A DNA stretch of 64,000 nt from Antedon mediterranea (lineage: Eukaryota; Animalia; Echinodermata): positions 29,066,388 to 29,130,387 of the forward strand of contig NC_092670.1 of the NCBI RefSeq assembly GCF_964355755.1. Direction: 5' to 3'. Each line of letters begins with the position of its first letter. Position 1 is the first letter of the stretch. Both the position numbers and the translations under genes were made by a program. Below are positions 1-10,070 of this stretch, piece by piece. The notes under the pieces were generated by a model. It worked only from the letters and a program-made list of their open reading frames with translations, did no database searches and was not told the origin of the DNA.

Positions 1-26
1 TCTATTATATATATTTTAAATCTAAG

Positions 27-337
27 GTTGAATTAAGCTGCCCAAGAGAGATGAACTGGAAGGTTAATCTATACCGAGGCTACATTGCTATCTGCCACCC
101 AGATGAACGGAACTTGAACCTGATTGAACGTCTAGTTGAGATGTCCAGCAGTCAGGCTATTAAGGAATGGCGACGTCTTCCAAGCTATGTTACACAGGCA
201 CATACCCCTATCCTTCAGGCAGCTCACAGGATCATGGAGCTTCATGAGGCAGCTCAAATTCATCAAGGCCTACAGCCTAGCAATATTGGCCGAAACCAAA
301 GCATACATGATATGAAAGCTATTGTTAAAACATGGAG
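27..337 (+). CDS. TRRAP: TRRAP exon 1 of window (FAT domain; gene begins upstream of the window)
   Basis: AG acceptor at 25-26 and GT donor at 338. Translates VELSCPREMNWKVNLYRGYIAICHPDE...HDMKAIVKTWR, closely matching the metazoan TRRAP FAT region as I recall it. Confidence 0.95.
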
Positions 338-355
338 GTAATGTATTAAAAAATA

Positions 356-475
356 TGGCTGTTTTACTTTATCGTTTTGATTTATCTTTTTGCTTTTTTC
401 TCCATTGAGATCCAGCCACTGATACCCACAGCATTGTCATTTTTTCTGTAATTTGCCTTTGGATTTATATATATA
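356..475 (+). repeat. Penelope-like element 3' tail (pseudo-LTR) copy ending in (TA)n
   Basis: The same tail (…attgagatccagccactgatacccacagcattgtc…gcctttggatttatata) recurs at about 2205-2285 and about 3718-3845, where it follows the hammerhead motif. Confidence 0.75.
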
Positions 476-1548
476 CTAGAAATTATACCCGCCCCAGGGC
501 GGGTTTCAAAATTAGTTTAAAGCCTTCTCAGTACATAACACCTGACGCCAGTATCTCCGTATACGCACCAACCTCCATCCCTTAATAACACCCCACACTC
601 TTTACAGTGAAGGACAAATTCAAATAAACTTTAGCTTCAAATTGAGAGGGCATACATAGCTGTGATAGGCCTATGGCTTAAGTACGTTGTAAACTGTGTA
701 AGTAAGTAGGTGTCATATTGGCTGATAATTAAAATATATAATGTTGATACTGCGGTCTCTCGGTCTTCTTTCTCCTCTCACCATCGCAGCCGCAATCAAC
801 AAACCTTACTTCCTCCCCTGGACAGTTCAAATGTAGGCCTAGTAAGTTTTCATTGTACAATTCAATCATATAAGCCTAGGCTACTTCATTACGCCAGTAT
901 TTTCGCTCCACCTCCCAACACACCCCAGAGACCGGGTGATGTTTTTAAGACGGTTCCAGTACAAATTATGTTAGCCATCACTCCCAACCCATAATCCCTC
1001 AGTGGCAGTTTTCAAATGTAGTTTTAAACATTCCCAGTTTCGGTCATGGTGATAGGGCTACATCCCCACCCCATGGATATGGGTAAAGTACTTTGCTAAA
1101 TGTGTAAATAAATAGGTGTCATATTGGTTAATGATTAAAATATGTATATCTATATTTCCCCAAACGCCCACCACACCACCCCCCCCCCCCCCCCCCCCCA
1201 CCCCTCACACAAAAACCCCAGGAGTCGGGGGAATTTTTTTTAATGTAGTTTAAAACCTTCCGGGTACAATTGCCATCATTTTGATACCCCATACGTATGG
1301 TTACGTGCAGAAACAGAAATTTTTATAACGAACAAACATCGAAAGTGGGGGTTTTGACCACATTTTGGTCCCTAACTTGGATCCTAGGTGGCGGAGGATG
1401 TTGACATATAGCTTAGAACATTCCCGGTACAATTGCGGTCATTTTGATACCCCATATGTAAGATTACGTGCAGTAACAAAAATTTGTATAATGAACAAAC
1501 AAACAAACAGACAAACAGACGTACAAACTCTCTCACTTATAATATAGA
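476..1548 (-). mobile_element. Non-autonomous Helitron (family A)
   Basis: On the minus strand: starts A|TC at 1548, followed by a (TGTT/TGTC)n microsatellite. GC hairpin acccgccc-ca-gggcgggt at 487-504, then CTAG|T end at 476. No TSD. Confidence 0.88.
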
Positions 1549-1549
1549 T

Positions 1550-2285
1550 ATATTTTCTACTGAAAATGTTAAGAGTAACCAAACTGGCCGCATTTTTCGG
1601 ATAAGACAATCAATTAATTGTCTAACCAAAAAGGTCATTTATCTCATATACTGTAATATTTGTGGCAAACAGTACGTCTCGAAAACATAAAACACTCTCC
1701 GTATGAGAATGACACAACACAGATCAGCTATCAAAACATTAAAGCTTGATCAACCTGTAGCCGAACATTTTAATTTAGCTGGTCACTCGATTGCAAATTT
1801 CAGAGTTATTGTCATAGACCACGATGTCAAATGGAGCAACAAAACTCGACAAGAATTACAACTTAAACCACAAAACTTTTTGGACTTAACATTAGGAACA
1901 TACTCCCAGATCGGTAAAATTATTTAATTGACTACCAAAATTTAAGTTTCAATATTAACCACCATTTAAGCTGTTTTTAGTTCCATTCCAAAATTGTTTA
2001 TATCTCTACGAATTAACTTCTTTGTTTTCTACTCTTATTCAGTCTCAACCCACCATTCACCACCCTTGTCTCCCTTTGTTGTATTTCTTTTATTCTTGTC
2101 CACCCAGGCAGCACTTGCCAATTCTTATGCTATGACGTTATCCAAATTCCTTCACTTGCACTGATGAAGGGCTAGTGTTGCCCGAAAGCTCTGCTAATTT
2201 TTTTTTTGTATCTCTATTGAGATCCAGCCACTGATACCCACAGCATTGTCATTTTTTCAATAATTTGCCTTTGGATTTATATAAT
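1550..2285 (+). mobile_element. Degenerate 5'-truncated Penelope-like element (GIY-YIG fragment, hammerhead, tail)
   Basis: INCLTKKVIYLIYCNICGKQYVSKT* then RMTQHRSAI...PVAEHFNLAGHS: a GIY-YIG domain with CCHH-type residues, broken by a stop. A hammerhead and a repeated tail follow. Confidence 0.85.
2156..2197 (+). ncRNA. Minimal type I hammerhead ribozyme (PLE-associated)
   Basis: gca-CTGATGA-a-gggc[tagtgtt]gccc-GAAA-gCTC^tgc. Intact core, 4-bp stem II, palindromic AGCT stem III; predicted cleavage after 2191. Confidence 0.8.
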
Positions 2286-2299
2286 ATATATATATATAT

Positions 2300-2602
2300 T
2301 TGAAACGATAAAAATGAGGAAATCTGTGAGAATGAGAAAAAGTCGCCCCAACCGAGACTCGAACTCGGACCGCCTGCTTGATATGCAGATGTCCTAACCA
2401 TTAGACCACTGGGGCTTTCATGGTATTGTTCAAACTCGATTGGATAGCCGCCGACTCTTTAACATTCTCGGCGTGGTACGGCGGAACAGCACTAGTCCTC
2501 AGTTGTACGCACGCGCACCAGAGATCAAATTGATACGCCCTCATCTTTCAGTATTTTTATTCACGAGGCGGGATCTCCGAAGAGATACTTTTATATATAT
2601 AG
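2300..2602 (-). repeat. tRNA-containing interspersed/tandem repeat, copy 1
   Basis: Highly similar to units at about 3968-4330 and about 4331-4700, with a partial copy at 3846-3967. Flanked by (TA)n. Confidence 0.85.
2344..2415 (-). pseudogene. tRNA-like cloverleaf (anticodon position ATC, Asp-like) inside a repeat
   Basis: Reverse complement folds as acceptor GCCCCAG/TTGGGGC, A-box TGGTCTAATGG, anticodon arm TCTGC-ATATCAA-GCAGG, T arm CCGAG-TTCGAGT-CTCGG. The anticodon loop is non-canonical. Confidence 0.7.
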
Positions 2603-2678
2603 AAACACATTAGGCAATGAACATTAAATGTTCATTGCCTAATGTGTTTATATATATATATATATAGTATACCTCTAG

Positions 2679-3640
2679 TATACCTCTAGTCCTCACGTAT
2701 CATCCTATGAATAAGAAGGTTATTAACATTGTTCGCGATAACTTTTCAATTTTGACTGAAGATAAATCCGCTACAAAAGATATTTTTCAAGAACCACCCA
2801 TGATAGCTTACAGACGTGATCAAAGCATTAAAGACACTTTAGTTAAATCTAAATTACAAAACAAAGGTAATGAATCAATTGGAACATTCAAATGTAATAG
2901 AAATAGATGTTCGACATGTAATTACGTTTCATGTTCAAACCAAATAGTAGGACCTTCTGGTAATTATGTGATCACAGATCGTATTACGTGCACCACTAGA
3001 AATCTAGTTTATTGTATTTCGTGTACTAAATGTAATATGCTTTATATTGGTGAAACTAAACGCAGGTTAGGTGATAGGTTTGTAGAACATTTAAGGTCTA
3101 TTAAACTAAAGACTCCCGGATTACCTGTAGCCACCCATTTTTGTAATAATGAGCATTCCCTTTCGGATATTACTATTTCTGGTGTTAAAGTATGTAATGG
3201 TTCTGAGACATCTCGTAGAATTATAGAAGAAAGAATAATTGTAAAGCTTGGCACTCTTGCCCCTACCGGCATAAATGTACAATTTAGATCCTTTAAACAT
3301 TAATTTTGCCAGAGACATTCACATATTAACAATTATTTACACTTGAAGCTTTTGTCTTTGTTTTAAATTTCCTGCTTTATAAGCAACCATTCCTGCTTTG
3401 TACACCATAGCTTTTGGAGGCGTGCCTTTATAACTATGCCTTTTGTTTGTTAACATCTTTGATTGGTTGATTTGTTTTATTATGTAATTTTGTGACTTAT
3501 ATATGTTATCCTTTGTTACAATTCTTTTCACCTGATGATGGGCTATGCCCGAAACATGTCGTTAAAATAAATCTATATTGAGGCAGTTTTAACTTATTTG
3601 ATCTTGATTTTTTTCTATATCCTGCCTATGCAGCTCTTTG

Positions 3641-3650
<10 letters not shown>
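2679..3650 (+). mobile_element. 5'-truncated Penelope-like element (Neptune-type) with open GIY-YIG endonuclease C-terminus, hammerhead and (TA)n end
   Basis: IPLVLTYHP...PPMIAYRR...CNRNRCSTC (Cys linker)...NLVYCISCTKCNMLYIGETKRRLGDRFVEHL...LGTLAPTGIN. Open frame to 3303; no RT domain. Confidence 0.9.
3525..3567 (+). ncRNA. Minimal type I hammerhead ribozyme (PLE-associated)
   Basis: ttttcac-CTGATGA-t-gggc[tat]gccc-GAAAC-AT-GTC^gttaaaa. Palindromic ACATGT stem III and GUC triplet; predicted cleavage after 3560. Confidence 0.82.
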
Positions 3651-3675
<25 letters not shown>

Positions 3676-3680
<5 letters not shown>

Positions 3681-3845
3681 AAAGGCTAGTGTTGCCCGAA
3701 AGCTCTGCTAACTTTTCTGGCTGTTTACTTTATCGTTTTGATTTAGCTTTTCGCTTTTTATTTTTGTATCTCCATTGAGATCCAGCCACTGATACCCACA
3801 GCATTGTCATTTTTTTCAGTAATTTGCCTTTGGATTTATATATAT
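3676..3845 (+). mobile_element. Solo PLE terminus: 5'-clipped hammerhead plus tail (same family as 2156-2285)
   Basis: (TA)n-TGATGAaaggctagtgttgcccGAAAgctctgctaa, then the shared tail. The first C of the core and the stem I 5' strand are lost. Confidence 0.75.
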
Positions 3846-4702
3846 TCATGGTATTGTTCGAACTCGATTGGATAGCGACTCTTTAACATTCTATATATAT
3901 AAACACAACAGGCAAAGAACATTAATTCTAAACCGCCCGGTGATATACTGAAATTTAATTAATTAATTTGAAACGATAAAGATGAGGAAGTCTGTGAGAA
4001 TGAGAAAAAATCGCCCCAACCGAGACTCTACTCGGACCATCTGCTTGATATGCAGTTGCCCTAACCATTAGACCACTGGGGCTTTCATGGTATTGTTCAA
4101 ACTCGATTGGATAGCGACTCTTTAACATTCGCGGCGTGGTACGGCGGAACAGCGCTAGTTCTCAGTTGTACGCACGCGCAACAGAGATCAAATTGATACG
4201 CCCTCATCTTTCAGTATTTTTATTCACGAGGCGGGATCTCCGAAGAGATACTTTTCTATATATAAACACAACAGGCAAAGAACATTAATTCTAAACCGCC
4301 CGGTGATATACTGAAATTTAATTAATTAATTAGAAACGATAAAGATGAGGAAATCTGTGAGAATGAGAAAAAGTCGCCCCAACCGAGACTCTAACTCGGA
4401 CCGTCTGCTTGATATGCAGTTGCCCTAACCATTAGACCACTTGGGCTTTCATGGTATTGTTCAAACTCGATTGGATAGCGACTCTTTAACATTCTCGGCG
4501 TGGTACGGCGGAACAGCACTAGTCCTCAGTTGTACGCACGCGCAACAGAGATCAAATTGATACGCCCTCATCTTTCAGTATTTTTATTCACGAGGCGGGA
4601 TTTCCGAAGAGATACTTTTCTATATATAAACACAACAGGCAAAGAACATTAATTCTAAACTGCCCGGTGATATACTGAAATTGAATTAATTAATTTGAAA
4701 CG
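3846..4702 (-). repeat. Tandem array (~364-bp unit; two full and one deleted copy) of the tRNA-containing repeat
   Basis: Near-identical units. tRNA-like cores at 4012-4082 and 4375-4446 have mutated T-loops/B-boxes. Confidence 0.88.
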
Positions 4703-4826
4703 ATATATATATATATATTATTTGTACAACTTGTAATCAATTCAATCAGTTTATTATCCAGTTCCTTTTGTAAAATAACTGTTACAATACAACATAAATT
4801 AAAGAATTATTACATTTTTTTTAAAG

Positions 4827-4944
4827 GAATCGGTTACCAATGGTGTCTGATGATCTATCTCATTGGAGTGATATCTTCATGTGGAGACAACATCACTACC
4901 AAGCTATTGTGTCCGCGTATGATAATCAGCCTGCTACTGACTCT
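4827..4944 (+). CDS. TRRAP: TRRAP exon 2 of window
   Basis: ttaaag|G...TCT|gtaagt. Translates NRLPMVSDDLSHWSDIFMWRQHHYQAIVSAYDNQPATDS, in phase with exon 1. Confidence 0.95.
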
Positions 4945-5087
4945 GTAAGTTGGTCATTATTGTACAATCAATTTGTTCCTATGTGCATACATAACAAATC
5001 TTTAAGAAAACAATTTTTTTAATGCACACTACTTGGTTTGTATATAGAATCATTAATAGTTTATTTTCACCATTATTTTTTGTATAG

Positions 5088-5203
5088 CAACATACAAGCC
5101 ATGCTATGTTGGGTGTGCATGCATCAGCTCAGTCAATAATTAACTATGGAAAGGTTGCCAGAAAACACTCACTTATTGGCCCAGCCCTCGATTCTCTTAG
5201 CAG
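5088..5203 (+). CDS. TRRAP: TRRAP exon 3 of window
   Basis: tatag|CAA...AG|gtcagt. Translates QHTSHAMLGVHASAQSIINYGKVARKHSLIGPALDSLS. Confidence 0.93.
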
Positions 5204-5225
5204 GTCAGTATTCTTCTACAATTAA

Positions 5226-6162
5226 GGCATGGCATCACAAAATCGGCGTAGTGTCGGAAAAAATAATTGTTTTTTAGATTTTTATATATTCGTAATCTAT
5301 ATTTAATAAGCTTTAAAATGAGCCGTTGTTTATTAAAATTGGTTTATTATACGAAGAGTTATTAATGAAAACCTACGAGTCACATTCTAGCTCAGGAAAT
5401 CTTCATTTGTGAAAATCAACAATGAAGTAGCGACATCGATTAGCTTGGCTTGGGCCTAGCCCTGCCGACAACACTCTCTCTGTCAAAACTCACTATTTTA
5501 TTCTCATTAATGGCAAACTAGTCGAAAATATCACTGTGTGGTACATAATTTAAAATTTTTTTAAATATATGGATAAAAATAACGATTAACTTCCTAATAT
5601 TCACAAAATGTTGAAACGTTCATTTGAGAAACTACGGTGGAAGCCATGCTGTTTCATCGTAAACAAAAGCGTCAGCCAATCAGAGAGCGTAATTTATCTC
5701 TTTAGCCAATCACAGTCAAGGATTCACGAGTTCTTATTAGAAATTCCAGCAACCTAACACGTTAATAAAACCAATTTCCATTGGCTAAATTTAAAAAAAT
5801 CCCTTTGGTTAAAAATTGTGGTAGCTGATATATTTTCAAACAGATAGGTGCCAAACATGACATCATTTTGGTAAGCGGTTTGTTTACAAAAGCGCCGTAA
5901 AAAAAGTTGATTTTGAGTGAACAAAAATACAATTTCCTGATGATGATTTTTAATGGAAACGACTTAAATAATTGCAAAATACACATACTTGTGATATTTT
6001 TTTTAAGAAGAGTGTTTGATATGTTAAAGATAAGTGTTTTTAGTATCGTTTTTTATTGAAATTTTAAGATAGATAGGTTAGGCTGTTTTCACATTCTGAA
6101 CTTCAAGGCTAAATCTCAAAAGTTCGGGTTGAGAGTCTGCGCCGCTTTTGTGATGCTAGGCC
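5226..6162. mobile_element. Non-autonomous TIR element, Kolobok-like
   Basis: Imperfect TIRs ggcatggcatcacaaaatcggcg / cgccgcttttgtgatgctaggcc. Flanks are TTAA on the left and TCAA on the right; termini are RR. Confidence 0.6.
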
Positions 6163-6378
6163 TCAATTATTGAATTGATTGAAATTTTAATTATCTATTG
6201 ATTTCATACATTATATGTTAATGTTTTATCCATGGTCTAATTTGAGGTGGTATAATTTGGTACCTGTGATCTGAAAGTGTCAATTTGAAACATGAAAAAT
6301 TCATGCATTTTATTCTGCTTGAAATCTGAATTACTTTGAATAAATTATTTAATTTGAACTTCTTTTATCTTTATGAAG

Positions 6379-6591
6379 GATCCACACAATTCCAAGTGTT
6401 CCGATTATTGACTGCTTCCAGAAGATTAGACAACAAGTGAAGTGTTACCTGCATATGGCAGGAACCATGGGTAAACAAGAGCTGCAAGAGGGTTTAGAAG
6501 TCATTGAGTCTACCAATCTGAAATACTTCAACAAAGAAATGACTGCAGAGTTCTATGCTCTCAAGGGCATGTTCTTGGCTCAAGTTGGCAG
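6379..6591 (+). CDS. TRRAP: TRRAP exon 4 of window
   Basis: gaag|G...AG|gtaact. Translates IHTIPSVPIIDCFQKIRQQVKCYL...EFYALKGMFLAQVG. Confidence 0.95.
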
Positions 6592-6703
6592 GTAACTACA
6601 GCCTTCAAAATTGGGATGAAATGACCATGGCAAATCAAACCATCTATTTGTTCAGTAGCACCACATGAATGGTTGCAAGAGCTAGGCATACATACTGTTA
6701 TTA

Positions 6704-8145
6704 TCTATATATAAATTTACGTAAGGGCAAAATTCGGTAAATCGCGCGTTATTTCTAGAATGTTTACTCGATGGTATATAAAGTTGGTTAGAATCTAGGT
6801 ACTGATTTTAACCACCTGATGTAACCCTGTTTACTAATTAAATTGAGTTAGATAATTAGTTATTGACAATTAAAACGAATTTAGGTTCAACGATTTGCCC
6901 CAAATAGGGGTGTTTTTCGATCGTGGTATACACTGTCTAATGGATGTCCGTCTTGAAAAATACCCGCAGACAATAATACGAGGATGCTTCGCATTTTCCT
7001 ATCTCCTCCTACGATAATTGTTTTTAATGGCTGAAAACCGGTTGAACAGCTCGAGTACAGCATCATAATGTTGAAGACAGGCCGATTTTCTTTAAAAAAT
7101 AATATTTTGATAGATTTAATATACGTTTATACAAATGTATTGATTTGCGATGAATGGAATATTCCAAACTCTGTTCCACAAGTGTCTATTCCCTCAGGCG
7201 TCGTAAAGGCAAGTACTGTATACTCATAACAGAAATTCGATCCATTTTTTTTTCAATCTGTGCTGTAGAGGTTGGATATAATTTTTTTTTAAACGGATAA
7301 TGAGCTAGCGTTTTCAATCGCCGTATATTATGTACAAATCTTTATTATTGCAGTTAAACCACCCACATCATCATCACCCTTGCCTAACTGGCATGAGTAG
7401 CGTTGTTAAGCCAGTAGAGGATAGGCCTACGGTGCATCACATGCCCTAAACGCAGAACAACTTTGGTGGGTAGGGTAGGAACCAACTTAAGTATGGATTG
7501 GCTCTAAAAACAATTGAAAACCATTAGGCCTACTATTTAAGTTGAGTTAGATAATTTAATATTTATTGACGATTAAATCGGATTTATGATTTTCCCCGAA
7601 TAGAGGTGGTTTTCACAAATTGTTTTACATTATATAAACATACACGTCGTAGTGATGTATCGTTACATGTACTGTACTATTTCAATCGAGTAGGACGGTG
7701 ATAGTTTCAACAAAGTATTACATCGCAATGTTTTACTGTGTTTAGTGGTATATTATTTGTAAAACATGAAAACAATTAATATTTCGTTACTAAATGGACA
7801 AAGAATATATTTAAAAATTGTTCCTCTTTGCACCCATCCTCTTCCCCATCCCCTTCCCCATCCCTCAGCCCGAATGTTACATACAAAACACAAATTAAGT
7901 TTGTTTAAATTTGACTTAAACAATTGGTCTCATTTTCTCAAGTTTCTCTTTCGGAAGTAATTCCCAGGGTGCTAATTTTAGTTGAGTACATAAATCACAG
8001 TGTCTATTTATTCGTTCCTGTAAACGACATGTATTATTGTCCTGCGGTACGTACATTTGAAATCGCCAGTTTTTTAACGCTGAAATTATTATGTATTCGA
8101 GAACCATCTGTGGGCATGACCTAGATGGTACGCGAGCGAAGCGAG
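6704..8145 (+). mobile_element. Non-autonomous Helitron (family B) copy 1, 3' end clipped within the terminal hairpin
   Basis: A|TCTATATATAAATTTACGTAAGGGC start is shared with 8351 and 34442. Ends ...ctagatggtacgcgagcgaagcgag. Confidence 0.8.
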
Positions 8146-8350
8146 TTGTTATCAATTATGCATATGCCATAATGGCTTTGATAATTATCGTAACATATTT
8201 CACTAAAAAATTAACAAGCTTTGACTGACAAGATTTGATTGGCTGAATCTTCGGTAACTGTTGTGATTGGCTGACGTGGCAATGTCGTTCCACTTCCGTA
8301 TTTTGAACTACCTGTACAGCGACCGTTGCTGCATCAAATCCATTATGATA

Positions 8351-9658
8351 TCTATATATAAATTTACGTAAGGGCAAAATTCGATAAATCGCGGTTTATT
8401 TCTAAAATTTTTACTCGATGGTATATAAAGTTGGTTCGTACTTTCGGTACTGATTTTAACCACCTGATGTAACCCTGTTTACTAATTAAATTGAGTTAGA
8501 TAATTAGTTATTGACGATTAAAACGAATTTAGGTTCAACGATTTGCCCCAAATAGGGGTGTTTTCCGATCGTGGTATACACTGTCTAATGGATGTCCAAC
8601 TTGAAAAATACCCGCACACAATAATACTAGGACGCTTCGCATTTTCCTATCTCCTCCTACGATAATTGTTTTTAATAGCTGAAAACCGGTTGAACTGCCC
8701 GAGTACAGCATCATAATGTTGAAGACAGGCCGATTTTCTTTAAAAAATACTATTTTGATAGATTTAATTTACGTTTTTACAAATGTATTGATTTGCGATG
8801 AATGGAACATTCCAATCTCTCAGTCTGCCAGTTTGGTTTAACACAAGTAGGTAAATTTATGAGCCCTTGGAGAATAAACTTGCAATACTTTGACAATACA
8901 GTACTGCAAATACCTATTAACCATTTTTGGTCGTCATTTGAATCGAAAATTTCTTACTGTGAATACTGTTAGATGTAAAAAAATATATACAAACATTTCT
9001 TACTGTGAATACTGTTAGATGTAAAAAAATATATACAAATAAACTTTATTACTGTGATTATGGGTAGGCTCTACTGTTAGATATATAAACACGTAATATA
9101 CAAATAAACTTTATTACTGACAGTTGCTTCTCAACGTTTGCAATAATTAATAATTACAAAAAATATAAACGTCGTAGTGGTGTATCGTTACATGTACTTT
9201 ACTATTTCAATCGACTATGACAGTGACAGTTTTAACAAAGTATTAAATCGCAAATGTTTTACTATATTTAGTCACCGTTAGTGGTATATTATTTATAGGC
9301 CTATAAAAAATGAAAACAATATTTCGTTACTGACGTGGATAAAGAATATATTTAAAAATTGTTCCTCTTTGTACCTATCCTCTTTCCCATCCCTCAACCC
9401 TAATTGGGTTTCTTTAAATGAATAAACAATTTGGACTCATTTTGTGGTAAGTTTCTCTTTCGGAAGTAATTCCCAGGGTGCTAATTTTGGTTGACTACAT
9501 AAATCATTGTGTCTACTTATTCGTTTCTGTAAACGGTAATGTATTATAGTCCTGCGGTACGTGCATTTAAAATCGCCAGATTTTTTACCCTGAAATTACT
9601 GTGTATTCGAGAACCATCTGTGGGCACGACCTAGATGGTATGCGAGCGTACCATCTAG
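8351..9658 (+). mobile_element. Non-autonomous Helitron (family B) copy 2
   Basis: A|TC start. Terminal hairpin ctagatggta...taccatCTAG|T. Highly similar to copy 1. Confidence 0.85.
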
Positions 9659-9940
9659 TAAAGACAATTTATATTGATGTTTATATGTTTTTGCATCTCA
9701 TAAATGCGTACCATATATATCATATATCATCACTTGATATCTATCAACATCTTCATTGTTTAAATCTGGTTAGCTTTCTCCATTTTACAATGGTTTTTTT
9801 ACTTTTAATCTTAAAATTCTTCTACAATTGATTTTTTTTTTCTACTTCTGAAATACAGTACAATTAATTGACTTTCTCGTAACAAAAAAAATAAATAGAT
9901 ATGTATCTGATATTAAAGTTTATTGTTTGCTTATTTACAG

Positions 9941-10051
9941 GTCAGATGAAGCCAACAAAGCATTTTCAGCTGCAGTCCAAATGCATGATACATTAGTCAA
10001 AGCATGGGCACTCTGGGGTGACTACCTTGAGCAAATATTTACCAAAGAAAA
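9941..10051 (+). CDS. TRRAP: TRRAP exon 5 of window
   Basis: tttacag|G...AA|gtaagt. Translates SDEANKAFSAAVQMHDTLVKAWALWGDYLEQIFTKE. Confidence 0.95.
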
Positions 10052-10070
10052 GTAAGTGGACATCCTCATG

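Noticed and set aside
710-1547. ORFs 710-994 and 1365-1547 as captured genes in the Helitron
   Set aside because: No recognisable motifs; they run through microsatellite and low-complexity sequence.
2344-4446. Functional tRNA-Asp gene cluster
   Set aside because: Non-canonical anticodon loop (A32, ATC), mutated T-loops in two of three copies, and embedding in a repeat. Reported as tRNA-like instead.
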